Origin: the human T2T-CHM13v2.0 reference genome, Homo sapiens
Direction: 5' to 3' (one strand)
NCBI RefSeq assembly: GCF_009914755.1
Contig: NC_060945.1
Length of the DNA stretch: 64,000 bases
The translations under genes were made by a program, and so were the position numbers. Below are positions 14,291-31,321 of the stretch, piece by piece. Below the pieces are notes generated by a model. It had not been told where the DNA came from. It saw only the letters and a program-made list of their open reading frames with translations, and did not search any database. Every line of letters starts with the position of its first letter. Position 1 is the stretch's first letter.

Positions 14291-16489
14291 GTATTAGAGA
14301 GACCCCAAAATCAGCAGCAGAAAATGTCAGCGGTCTAAGAGAATGAAGTGAGGAGTGAGAACATACACACGGAATAGGCACGAATGGCAAAAATCTTGAT
14401 GCTAAGTCGTGTTTTTGGATGTTGCATTACAAATACAATGAGCCCTTATCAATTAAATGATGGGCTTTCTGGTACTATTGAATGACATCAGTTTCTTTTA
14501 CTTGGGTATATTAACTTCCTTAACTCTACATGAAAAAGTCTTTGCATATCTAGAATATTTCATCAGGGAGTCAAATTGTCTCCTGGATATAAACATCAAC
14601 AAACCAAAACAAGCTTACACAAGTGGAAAGCTTGACATTGTTGAAGAATGAGTGACAGAACCTCAAATGTTTGAATAATGTTTCATTCACAGCTGTTGTG
14701 GCTTCTATCTAGTTGGCAAAACATGTAAGTCTAGCCATGAGCTACCTACCCCAGTCTGAGAAAATTATTTTAACATCTAATGGCCCTTGTCATGTAACTC
14801 CTCAAGGTTATACATTTTTCCATTGATTTTACCATGGAACCTAGAGTTATCAAGAAGTTAAGAAGGGAAATAGATATAAATCCACTTATCTTTAATTAAA
14901 ATTTTTCCTAAAAATTTTTGATATAGGCTTTTTGTAACAAACTGCCTTTAAGTAGGTTTTTCACAACAAAAGTCTACTCATATTCATTATAATGTTTATT
15001 ATGAGCTCTATGTTATTGCCTTAATGACAGTTTCTTGATAACGGAGAATTTTCAAATTAGGTAATTTTCAGAATTAGTTGTGTCACTTTTATATGGAAGC
15101 ACACTTGTTTGTAAATAGTTACCTTCACTCAATTAAAAGGACCATTTGAGTTCATTTCAAACTAACTGAAATGATGATATATTTAGCAGGAGTTTATTGA
15201 TCAAATGCATGGACATTACAGTTCTTACTTGACTTTAATGGCAAATTTCAACTTTTGCAGAATGGGGTTACTTTGCTTTGGTAAACTTTTCTGATCAGAG
15301 AACATTGGTTTGAATCTCATGGTATTTTTCAGCAGTTAGGCTATGCCCACCTCTGGGAAAATGTACCAGTTTTTTTCATACAGCTCATTAAAAATATAAA
15401 TTTAAAAAGCATGTGTGTTTGGGTACTTTCCAGGGATTGAGTATAAATGCATAGTTTTCTAACAATTGAAATAAATAAACAAGGGACAATAGACACAGGA
15501 GTACTAACCAAGCCGCTCCTTAGTAGTGTGACAATATTTCTCTTTTCCTCTTTCTTAGTCTCCAAGTAATTCTAACACATTATCTTTCTAACGCTCACTC
15601 CTAGAGTCATGGGACTTCTCCAGTCATGGGTCATTATTTCAAAGATGAGATAATTCTTCAGGAATGACTTCCAAAGTGGTTTTGCCTCAATGAGTACTCT
15701 GTTGAATCATTAACATAAGGCTAAGCATTTTAAATTTTATGTCTCATGAATTCCACAATGAGAAAGTAAAGGAGAAATTACTTATTGTCAAAAGGAATGA
15801 GATTTTGACTATAATAATTATCTTCTCAAGACAAGAGAATAGAATATAAAATTTACATTTTAATAAAAGAAGACAGATACAGAATATAAAGAAATGTTTT
15901 ATAAATAAGATTTTAGTAAGAATTTATATTTTAATTATATTTTAAGAGAAAAGTAAGATTAAATAACTGGTGATTGTAAATCTGTCTCTTAAATCAGTGT
16001 TCCTCAATTATTTTATCTAAAAATGGATATCAAACTTATATTAACAACTTAATTTTACATCCAATAGGGAAACATACAATTTAAACTTTTTTACAGTAAT
16101 TTTAAAGATAAATATATAAACGGGCTTTGGCACTAATTATTTAAATGAAATAGCTGTTCTCTGAATCTAACTGCATTGAACATTTTCAAAGCCACAGTAT
16201 ATATTTTAATTTACTGCATGTAAAATTCACCCAGTCAAAAAATAAAATCCTCAGTTCTCTTACTCAGGCAGCTCATGCTATAGGAGAGTCACAGAAGTTA
16301 AAATAAGTATAACGGTTTCACAAAAGATGTAGGGTATAGAATAAAAGAAAAGCCTTACAGATGGGAACTGAAATATGAAAAGGAGTTTCTAGGTGGAAAA
16401 GGAAATAAATGAAGGTCAAAACAAAAGAATAAAATATGCAAAGGCCTGGAATCATAAAACAGTATAGATCATTCTGGAAAGGCAAGAAA

Positions 16490-17192
16490 GAGAGAGGTGG
16501 AGACAGCGATAGAATAGAGACAGAGATGGAGATGAAGATGGAGATGGGAGTAGAGGTGGAGGTAGAAGGAGAGGGAGTGGTAGAGCTAGAGATAGAGATA
16601 TAAATGGAAATGAAGATGGGGTAGATAGAGGAAGAGGTAGAGGTAGGGATAGAGATGGAGATGGAGACAGAGATAGAAATAGAGAAATAGGTAGAGACAG
16701 AGTTAGATAGAGGAAAAGTAGAGGTAGATTGAGAAAGAGGTAGAGGTAGAGAAAGAAATAGCATTAGCAATAGAGATGGAGATAGAAACAGACATGCAGA
16801 TGGAGAGAGAGATAGAGGTAGAGGTTGAGGTACAGGTAGAGGTAGAAAAAGGAAGAGGAACAGATAGAGATAGAGACGACAGAGATTGAGGTAGAGGTAG
16901 AGACAAGTAGAGGTAGAGTAGAGACAGATAGAGGTAGAGGTAGGGATAGGGATAGGGATAGAGATGGAGATAGACGTAGAGACTGAAGTAGAATAGAGAT
17001 AGGTAGAGGTAGAGTAGGGGCAGAGGAAGAGGTAGAGGTAGGGATAGAGATAGAGATAAGAGATAAAAATATATAGAGATAGAGATAGAAGTCGAGATTG
17101 AGGTAGAGGTAGACAGAAATAGAGACAGAGTTAGAGATAAAGGTAAGGATAGACAGTAAGAGAAAAAAAGAGACAACACAGAGACAGAGAGA
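16490..17192. repeat. Degenerate (GAGRTA)n purine-rich hexamer array
   Basis: About 700 bp of GAGGTA/GAGATA/GAGATG/GGGATA units. Confidence 0.9.
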
Positions 17193-17198
17193 ATTTCC

Positions 17199-17262
17199 AT
17201 GTGTGTGCTCACATGAGTGCATGCACACATGTGCGCAAGTGTATGTGTGTGTCTATGTGTGT
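17199..17262. repeat. Degenerate alternating purine-pyrimidine (TG/CA) tract
   Basis: gtgtgtgctcacatgagtgcatgcacacatgtgcgcaagtgtatgtgtgtgt. Confidence 0.75.
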
Positions 17263-17551
17263 TTGATGGTCTTTTTTCCACATATTAGGGAGTTGAACAT
17301 TAAGATGCAAGACACTGGGAGTTAGAGGCAAGAGACTCTAAAAGGAAACTCCTATCACAATGCTATCAATTTTAGGAAGGTAATATTGGCAATAGAATTT
17401 TCTGTAGAAGGTGGATTCCCCTCCTCCTTTGGATATATGTTTATTAGATTCAACGAATTCCATAACAAGAAGTAGAGAATATTACTCCTCAGAGATTGGT
17501 GTGAAATTCAAACTCCCAAGGTATTACAGATGCAATGTTACTGGATAGAGC

Positions 17552-20964
<3,413 letters not shown>

Positions 20965-20965
20965 G

Positions 20966-21530
20966 AAACACACCTGCAACTACATGTGTTAAATTTCCAT
21001 CTTGAATATAAACTTACTAACATTAACATACAAGTAACTTTTGCAGTAGTTGCTGATGCTTCTTCCTCAGAGTTGCATCTTTTGATTTTCACATAGCCAG
21101 TGAAACTACTGTGGCTCACAGAGTAGACGTGACTGTTACAGCATTTATGAAAAATCAATTTGTATCATAAACTTTTTTTTTTTTTGAGACAGGGTCTCAC
21201 TTTGTTATCCAGTCTGGAGTGCAGTGGTATGATCTCGACTTCCAGGGCACAAGTGATTCTCTCGCATCAGCATCCTGAGTAGCTGGGACTACAGGCACAT
21301 GCCACCATGCCCAGCTTATTTTTGCATTTTTTGTAGAGATGAGGTTTCACCATGTTACCCAGGCTGGTCTTCAACTCCTGAGCTCAAGTGATCCACCCAC
21401 CTCTGCCTTCCAAAGTGACAGGATTACAGGTGTGCACCACCACTCTCGGCTATCATCAACTTTCTTGAGAAATAAAAATTCAGCCTTTAACATTTTATTA
21501 TATATGCCCTTCATTGCTTACAACTTTGCT
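20966..21530 (-). mobile_element. hAT-Blackjack-like fossil: transposase N-terminal part, split by an Alu
   Basis: Minus translation fragments FHKC...SHSS...EEEASATTAKVT and NLTHVVAGVF resemble the BED-finger and following region of the recalled Blackjack transposase; same orientation as 17552-18533. Confidence 0.55.
21173..21450 (-). mobile_element. AluJ
   Basis: gagacagggtctcac and ctcctgagctcaagtgatcc; TSD TATCAT(A/C)AACTT at 21163 and 21451. Confidence 0.93.
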
Positions 21531-22022
21531 GCTTTAAGGGTTTACCGCAAAACTAAAAACCAGACAATGTCATTAATGAACAATACCATATACTCTCCCT
21601 AGCACTTTCCATGAGGCGACCCAAAGTGGTAACAATTAACAGTTGCTGTGTATGAAACGGCCTCGCTCAGGAGGAAACACGGCCCCTCAGATGAACTGGT
21701 AAGTCAAAACTGTGAAAGGTCTCAATTTCAGATTTGACCATAATTACAAGACTGGCATACCACAATTTCACATGTGTATACTGAGAAAAGGCATCAGATC
21801 CCTGGATCAGAGACACAGGTGTTTTTTTGGTAACAATAGAAGCCACAGCTGGCTTCTCTTCATCACTTCCAAAACCCCCACAGAGTGACACAAATTGCAG
21901 CTATATGTTCACCCGTGCATGCAGGAGGTCATATCACAGAATTAGAACCCCAAAATTAAGAGAATCTGATTTTTCATCAGAGTTTCTGGTGACCAATCTC
22001 TTCCTTAGAGACAGATTACGCA

Positions 22023-22424
22023 TGTTAAACCAAGTTTAGACTAAAACTGCCTCCTTACATATTTTAAGTTTGAACGAAAGGTTTTTGTGTACGTAGTGAA
22101 CAATAACAAGTGGAGCTGTGGTAAACAGACCGTAGCCTACACTTGTGCCAATCACTGAGTTTTGGCCAGTCAAATGTAGCCAACTGTTCAAAGCCTGTTC
22201 AAATAAGGCAAACACCAACCTGTAACCAATTCAGCTGTTTCTGTACCTCATTTCCGATTTCTGCACGTCGCTTTCCTTTTTCTGTCCCTAAGTCTTTTTC
22301 CACCACGTGGCTGCGCTGAAGTCTTTGAGCCTAGGCTGGCTCAGAAGGCTGTCGGATTGGCAAACCGTTCTTTGCTCAATTAAACTCCTTTAAAGTTAAT
22401 TTGGCAGAAATTTTTATTTTATCA
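22023..22424 (+). mobile_element. MER57-family ERV1 solo LTR
   Basis: TG...CA ends; ctgcctccttacatattttaag, gttcaaataaggcaaac, tgtaaccaat, ctgtttctgtacctca and ATTAAA signal. Confidence 0.88.
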
Positions 22425-23034
22425 GGTAGTGTCAAGTTAGGCAGAGGGCAAAATTGCACAAGAGAAAAGGGTGAATGGCACTAGGTACATCTCTTTAAGG
22501 TTGTAGGTATGGGTGCTACTGAGGTAACTATGGAAGTAGGAGGAACAGAAAATGGAACAAGATTTTAGTTTACAACATCTGTTTCACCTTGGAATATAAA
22601 GAAAAGTCATCCCCTAAGATGTGATGGCTGTGAAAATATAGCTGAGACCTAAAATAAACTGGCAAAAATTTGACACGGTGGTTAAAGGTGTTATCTCAGA
22701 ATAGTGAACTTCTCTATTGCAATCACTCTATTGTTGTTGTAAGGCAAACATTCCTTTTATCCTCTTTGAGCCATATTCTTTCAAAGGAATAAGTGTTATA
22801 CATGCAACTATAATTAACCAAAATGAACCCGCTGTTATTCCTTGGAGAATTCTGTCCTATATATTCCACATATTGATTTTTTCTGTGTATAATTTGGGCC
22901 TTTAATTACTTCATCAAAATTACCTATTGGAGTACTTAAATTATTAAAGAAACAAAAATATCCACTGGATAAATTACCTCTACTTTAATGGAAACATATA
23001 TAGAGTTCTAGAAACATCTTTAGGTCCTACAAAA

Positions 23035-23157
23035 ATTTTATTTTACTTTATTTATTTTATTTTATTTTGTTTTATTGTTTTAGAAACAAGGTCTTGCTCT
23101 GTAGCACAGGCTGGAGTGCAGGGCCATGATCATAGCATGGCATTAGCCACAGTGGCT
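23035..23157 (-). mobile_element. Internally deleted Alu (J/FLAM-like) fragment with (TTTTA)n tail
   Basis: aaggtcttgctctgtagcacaggctggagtgcag...gatcatagc followed directly by a degenerate 5' end. Confidence 0.75.
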
Positions 23158-23279
23158 GACAAATACTTTTAATGAAATGAAACTATATTTCTGACATGAA
23201 TCACACAGTGGTTATCTGATATTATTATAAGTTTACCACATCCATTAGATGAAATATGACCCATTCATTCTTTGGCTAA

Positions 23280-23975
<696 letters not shown>

Positions 23976-24681
23976 ATAAATGACATTTTACTTAGTCGTG
24001 TTTATTGTGAGTCATCTATATCAAAGAACTATTGTTATAAGGTGTTTTACACATTCCTATCGCACGTAAAAAGAAGAAGTGGAGTTAGAATGCATTCCAT
24101 GAGTATGCCTCGCTTTTAAGTATGTAATTATGAGCTGCAAACCATGAAACACTGTCTATGACACATCTTTAATGATACATTTTCAGAGCAGTACATCATA
24201 GCAACTGTGAGAAGTTAAAGCTTTAAATGAAGTCAATTCTATAGGATTCTTCTTTATATTAGGCTTTGATTGTCAATCTATGTATGCAACTTAAATACTA
24301 TATATACATACATATAAAAACATACACCAACTATACAAATTAGAACATGTATATAAACTATATAACTGTATTTAGTATTAAAGTTATTTACACTTTGACA
24401 GCAAATTGTTTTTAAACATATGTGAGGTTATATCTGTTTCTTTGTATATTAATTAATATGTGTGTATAGATATATTATTTTAAAATACAGATATATATGT
24501 GTGTATATATTTTTTTCTTTAAATTTGGTTGGAAAAACTCTAGAAATATGTATTTTAAGATCAGAGCATAAAGAATTTCTATAATTTAAAATATTACAAA
24601 TAAATAGCATCTGTAGCTTTGCTGGATATGACTAAACATTTCAATAACTCTGTTTTTGTATGATTCTATAAAAAATAATTA

Positions 24682-24948
24682 GGCTGAGTGCCATAGCTCA
24701 TACCTGTAATCCTAGCACTTTGGGAGGCCAAGGTGGGAAGATTGCTTGGGCTTAGGGGTTAAAGCCCACTCTGGGCAACATAGCAAGACCTTGTCTCTAC
24801 AAAAAATTAAAAAATTAGCCAGGCATGGTGGCTAATACCTGTAGTCCCAGCCACTTGGGAGGCTGAGGTAGGGGGATTACTTGAGCCCAGGAGTTTAAGG
24901 CTCCAGTGAGCTACCATCATATCACTGCACTCCAGCCTGGGTGACAGA
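24682..24948 (+). mobile_element. AluJ
   Basis: gggcaacatagcaagaccttgtctctac and ttgagcccaggagtttaaggct. Confidence 0.92.
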
Positions 24949-25654
24949 ATAATAGAATAATTGTATTTTATCATTTTTAATATGTTTGCTGTCCCATTTT
25001 GAATACATTTCATTTTAATTCATTTCTTGTTAGGGATGTTTTAGTGGGCATATATTATTTGAACCACTTAGCATCTATTCCCACTTCAAATGGAAATGCT
25101 CTGATTGACCTCTCAGGCTCCATGACTTGGCAGAAGTCATTGATACCCTGGTCTTGGGCTGGGCTGATTACTCAGTCCTAAGCAATCAAAGGATTGCACC
25201 TTCCTTACCTAACGCAGATCAGGGCCAACAAGAAAGGGATCGTGAGGCTACCAAATGCAGATCATACACTGATGCTCACACTTGTGGTACTTCTAATACA
25301 ACTGCTAAACTAAAATGTATATTTATTGTTAATATTTCTTTCTTTTGTGAATTCATATTCTTCAACCTAATTTTAACTGAGCTATTCATATCTTATGAGT
25401 ATTATTGATAAGGTATCTCCATTTTCTCAGTCTCATGTTTCTATTTGAAGAGAATTTCAGTTTGAATGATATTCCTGGCTTCTCTCTCCAATTATAACTC
25501 ATTTTTCTCCATGGGGGATAATATGACTTAACTAAATGGTATGTTTGAGAGAAGAAACTGAGCATACTTAAACCACCCTCTTTACCTCAGAGCTAGAAGT
25601 GTTGGAGTGGGGCACACTCCAAAATTATTCTAGAATAATTTTTCTAGAATACAT

Positions 25655-25880
25655 TTATTGGTTCTCAATTGTTGTGTTGTTACAAACTGCCACAAAACTG
25701 AATGCTTAAAACAACTATTAATATTTGGCTCACAAATGTGTGTAATCTGCCATTGTGGCTGGGGTCAGTAGTGCAGTTTTTTTCTGCTGGTTTTTGCTGG
25801 GCTCACTCATACATCTGCAGATAGTTGACGTGTAACTAAGTAACCTACCCCTGTTAATTGGCTAGCTATTGGCTGAGGTC
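25655..25880 (-). mobile_element. Old MLT1 (G/H-like) LTR fragment
   Basis: acaaactgccacaaaactgaatgcttaaaacaac...gctgggctcactcatacatctgcag. Confidence 0.65.
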
Positions 25881-26703
25881 TGGAAAAATGTCAGAAAAAA
25901 ATATATTATTATTCTGAGACTGGGAGAGCAGAGAAAAAGCTGTTCTGGGGATTCAGATGATGACACCAAGATAGCTGGCAAAATTATCTTATAAATTTTG
26001 CCAAGATTATTTGCCAGGTAGAACATGGACAGTGTAATTTCGCTTATTTTGTTTCCTTTAATAAGAAATGAAGCAAAAGAGATGAGCTGAAGGAATTATT
26101 TATTTTGTGATCAGAATTTTGAGGAAATATACAGGGACCGGTTGGACAGAAAGACAACATTTCTTCTATCCTTAGTTTCAAAAGCGGCTAAAAGTTTCTT
26201 AAAATAAATGAGGCCTGTGGCCAAAAATTATTCAAACATGGATGTGAGACTCTTTAAAGCTCAGAAAGATTTTGAATCTGATAGACCATCTCAAGCTAGA
26301 AGAATGGATTTCAAGACTCTCTAGGCCTAGTCCCATAACAGCCCAACACTTGCCCAAAGTAGAGAGTGGGCTTTTTGGAAAGCAAATGTAGATATGGCTT
26401 TATTTTTTTTTCTAACATACTAGAGTATAATCCATTGTTTAGAAATCCCATGAACTCTTCAAAAGAATTTATCAGCGAATCAAAGCCAGTTCGGACTAAG
26501 GAGCTGGAAGTTCTCAAATTGAAAATAGGTTTCCGGGCCACCAAATATCTTTGAAAAGAAAACTGGATGAGAAAACTCTTTAGCTGCTGACACAGGTTGG
26601 TTCTCAGGGAAAAGGAAAACAGATCAGAAGGAAGAACCCAAAATCCAGAGGGTTTAGCTAAGATCTACAGAATTTGTAAATTATTTTAAACTGAATGAAA
26701 TCA

Positions 26704-26866
26704 TCCAGGTGCCGTGGCATGTGCCTGTAGTCTCAGCTACTCAGGAGGCTGAGGTGGGAGGACTGTTTGACCCCAGGAGTTCACGGCTATACTACAGTAT
26801 GCTCATGTCTATGTTGTCACTGCACTCCAGCCGGTTGATATAGCCAGACCCTGTCTCTAAAAATAA
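26704..26866 (+). mobile_element. Alu right-arm monomer (FRAM/AluJ-like)
   Basis: gcctgtagtctcagctactcaggaggctgaggtgggagga...cactgcactccagcc. Confidence 0.88.
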
Positions 26867-27786
26867 ACCAAACACATGAGATCAAGCTTAATAGTCTAAG
26901 AGCTATGTTTATTTATTTATAAATTTGCCTACCTGGGTGCTTCAATAGTCAACACACAAATCTGGCAATTCTCTATAAGAGTTCTGGTCATTTAAGCTTT
27001 CTTGAGCTTCTGCTGTAGATAGTGACATGAAGTCTGCAACCATTATAACCAACTCCAATTTCTAAAGATTCCATGTCTTTTTTTTTCCCCTATGTATTCC
27101 CAAAAGCTTGAGAATTTCTTGAATGGCTCATTTTCAATGTACTAATGGGAGCCAAAAGATGACACACTAGCTATTGGGTTTGGACAATTATTTTAGTTGA
27201 AGTTAGACCGACCAATTTTCTGAATCTGGTGGAAATCTCAGGCACTAGGAACTCTGGGGATGGACCACCATTCTTTCATATTATATTTCTGAAGCTCTTA
27301 GCCAAATAGCAAGCAATCTCTGAGTCATAAAATTACTTGAAATCCTGTTTTGGTTATTTCCAGTGGAGAGCAGGCCACTGTAGAGATATTTAGGTACAAT
27401 AGTATCTGGTATCTGTCAATTGATTATGTGAGCAGAGGTGGTACAGCTTTGGTGAACTGGGCTGCTGAGCGCCAGATCGAGCCCATGGCCGTGAAGCAGG
27501 GCAGTTAAGAGCCATCGTAGGGGTGGGTCTCTCTAGTGGCAGAAGCAAATTGCCAAATAATAGTTTGTCTGAGAGAGGAGATCTACAGGGAGATGATACT
27601 CTAGCTATGATGGCAAAATCGGTCCCAGTTAGAATGACAGTGCAGAGATAATGACCAAATCTTCTGCTGAGGCTGCTACCACCAAGGCTAAAGGACCCTC
27701 TTCAACTGAAATATTTAAAAAGAATGATTGCACGGGAATGAAAACCTCAGAAGTTATTACTCTTTAACATATTTGCAGGAAGTTAA

Positions 27787-28153
<367 letters not shown>

Positions 28154-28683
28154 GAATAATCCCTTTTCTTAAGAGCATGACTTCAATTGCAGCCTGAAAT
28201 CTGGCCAGGGTACATGAGCATAGCCCCCCTTATGATTGTACCCTGCATCTGATACAGAAGATTCTCAAGTGTCATCAATCTTCTAAAATACAAAAAGATT
28301 TTACGTATTAAAAAGATGAATTACTTTTATGTCTTTAAAAGCAACAATGCTGTTTGGAGGCATCTGTTTTTAGAAATTCTGAAATCAATCTTTAAGCTAG
28401 AGGTAGAAGCAACATTAACAAATTTACGATTAGGGAGTGAGACAAGAATTAGGTTTAGATAGGATAATCTAAATTTCTTAATATGGGTTAAAAAAGACTA
28501 GTCACAAGAAAAACAGGGTTAAACATATTCCTTTATAACTTTTAAAATTATTTTAAGTATTAGCAAGCAAAAGGAAAAGCAATTTATGATAAAATCATCA
28601 GATTAGCAGTAAAACTTACTTTTCAAGTTTGCGTTATTCATGGGGGCATATTCGCATCACATTCCTTTCATTATGCTCAGGAT

Positions 28684-28982
28684 AGCTGGGCATGGTGGTT
28701 CATGTCTGTAATCCCAGCACTTTGGGAGACCAAAGCAGTGGGATCACTTGAAGTCAGGATTGATTGGCACCCAGCCTGGACATCAAAGCGGGACCTTGCC
28801 TTTGCAAAATAAAAATAAGAAAATTAGCTTGGTGTAGTGGCATGTGCCTATAGTCTCAGCTACTCAGGAGGCTGAGGTGGGAAGATTATTTGAGCCTAGG
28901 AGTTTGAGGCTTCAGTGAGCTGTGGTCACAACACTGCACTCCAGCCTGGGTGACAGTGTGAAACCCCAACTCAAAAAAACAA
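28684..28982 (+). mobile_element. AluJ
   Basis: Diverged dimer; tttgagcctaggagtttgaggcttcagtgagc. Confidence 0.9.
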
Positions 28983-29774
28983 TATTAAGATATAGATATT
29001 GCTTAATGTCTTTTCATTTCAACTTTGATAAAACAACAAAGCAAATAATTCCAAAATATATTTCTCATATTAAAAGTGACCTGCCCCCATTGAAAGAAAT
29101 GTATCATGTTTTGTTTTGCTACATGCATGCATTTGTTGCATCAGTGAAACACGTGAAGTTACTGCAGTGAGGTGTGAACGGGAGCATGAGTTACTCAAAA
29201 GAAATTATGTGCAAAACCATGTATACTGAGGCCTTTGTGAGTTAATTTCTTTTTGAAGTTGGCTGCAGAACTTTGTGGTTTGGTTTCCATTCAGTAAATA
29301 TTCCCAGTGTTTACATAATGCCAAGCAAAGGGACACATGTTGTGGAAGTTTGTTAGAGGGATTCGAACTTTAGGATGAATCTTTTAGTGGAAATTGAAAA
29401 ACAAACAAGATTTATCTTAAAGAAGTATATATTTAATATATATGAAATACAAGTAATCCGATGTGCAGCATATTCATTCAATGGAATCTTTCTTTGTGTT
29501 GTTTTAAGAGTATTTACAAAAATGAAAGAAAAACTGCAGATAAGTTTTCTTTTATAATCAGGAGCAATGTTTAATTATTTATGAAATCTAAAATTAATAA
29601 AAATATATGCATTATCTTTTAGAACAATAATTATAATGGAAGCTATGTTACCATTTACATTTTCTTTTGGAAACACTTTATAATCATTATGGGTTTTGGG
29701 AATTTTCAGAGGCACTAATGCATCGTCAGTATTCGGTAATTCTGAAAAATAAAAGTACCGACATTAAGAAATAT

Positions 29775-29858
29775 TCACTGACATGTGGTCGATTCTCGGA
29801 TATGAATCCGATGGTCCTCGAAACATGGAAAGTCTGCTGTCACGCTGCACGCCACATC
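29775..29858 (-). other. Candidate exon (possible terminal coding segment DVACSVTADFPCFEDHRIHIRESTTCQ*, or noncoding)
   Basis: ttctgacag|GAT acceptor on the minus strand; 9 CpGs in ~130 bp within CpG-poor unique DNA; ATTAAA downstream near 29570; protein not recognised. Confidence 0.3.
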
Positions 29859-30292
29859 CTGTCAGAACTGGAGTCACACTACAAATCACTTAAATGAGGC
29901 TGGAAACCTTTCCAGACAATAGAATGTGTAACTCTTGAAAATGAAACAGAGTGACTGGATCACTCCTTGGTCATCATCACACTGAAATAACATTCAGTGT
30001 TTAGCAGTGAAGAATAGGTTAATTGTAAGTGACTGGAATATAAGGTTACAAAGAAAATGATTTAGCGGCAATATGTAGTAAAAAAATTCTCTTTCAACAG
30101 CAAGTTTTGCAATTTCATAATTTCAAAAGGGCATTTAATGAAAAGGTTTCCTCTTATCCTGGCCACAATTCCCTTCTTTAGTGGTGATATTTTTAACTTC
30201 TTACAGACTCTTTCAGAATATGTATATGGTTATATGAGTAAAGTTAAATATACACTCTTAGTTTCTCCATTTTATTACACAATTGTATGCTC

Positions 30293-30543
30293 ACATATAT
30301 GATATATATTTTATATATTGTTATATGACATATATTTTATATATTATGTTATATGACATATATATTATATGACATATATTTTATATATTATGTTATATGA
30401 CATATATTATATGACATATAGTTTATATATATTTGATATGTATTGTACTGCATGATATATAGTTTATATATTACATTATGTGACACATATTTTATATATA
30501 TTATATTATGTGACATATATTTTATATATATTATATATATATA
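30293..30543. repeat. AT-rich degenerate tandem repeat (TATATTATGTTATATGACATATATTT-like)
   Basis: Repeated atatgacatatat / gtgacacatat cores in (TA)n background. Confidence 0.9.
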
Positions 30544-31064
30544 ACTTTTAGAACCTGGCTGTCTTCTTTTATTCTGCAATCAATATATCTAACATATCCT
30601 TCTACTTTAATATTGAAAGTTTTTTTCCTTGTTAATAATCATATTTAATATTTTTATTTATTTAAATAAACACATACATACATCATGTTCATTTACTCAG
30701 ATGACAATCTAAGTGTGATATTAGTTTATTTAAGCAGTTGTTTTTGATGGATAATCACTGTCCAAACCTTGACTAGGAAAAGAAAATGGCTACAACGAAT
30801 ACCCACTATGTTCCTTATTGTACACATGTGTGAGTACATGTTTGTAAGATACATTCTTAAAAATGGCACTGCCTTTTCATAGACCGCATGTGTCTTCAAT
30901 TTCAGTAGCTATTGCCTAGTTAAGTATGTTATTGATCTTTCAGATTTTTGCCAAGCCCCAAAGGTAAAAACCGGCAGTATAAGGTTTTTCTTTCCTTAAT
31001 TTTAACCAGTATGATTGATGCTAAGTCTGTTTAAAATGAATTAGAACATGAGGTTGACCTTGAT

Positions 31065-31321
31065 GAAGACAAAAGAAAAAGGAATATAGAAAGAGAGAAA
31101 GGAAGGGAGAGAGGGAAGAAAAAAGAGAAGAAAGGAACAAAAGATGGAAGGAAGGAAAAGAAAGTGAGAAAGGGAAGAGAGAAGGACAGGAAACAAGGAA
31201 AAAAGATGGAAGAAGGTAAGAGGAAATGAGAAAAAAAGGAAGAGAGAGAGAAAGAAAAAGAGAAAGAAAGAAAAAGGAGGAAGGAAGAAAGAACAGAAAG
31301 AAGGGAGGAAGGGAGGAAGAC
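31065..31321. repeat. GA-rich low-complexity tract
   Basis: About 250 bp almost purely A/G on the + strand. Confidence 0.92.

Noticed and set aside
16318-17281. Three 150-192 aa minus-strand ORFs
   Set aside because: Stop-poor hexamer repeat yields S/L/I/Y/T low-complexity translations.
25900-26680. Possible MaLR internal sequence
   Set aside because: Too degraded to support a call without a profile search.
27526-27543. Second CTCF-like motif (GCCACTAGAGAGAC on minus)
   Set aside because: Lacks the conserved GGC end of the core.
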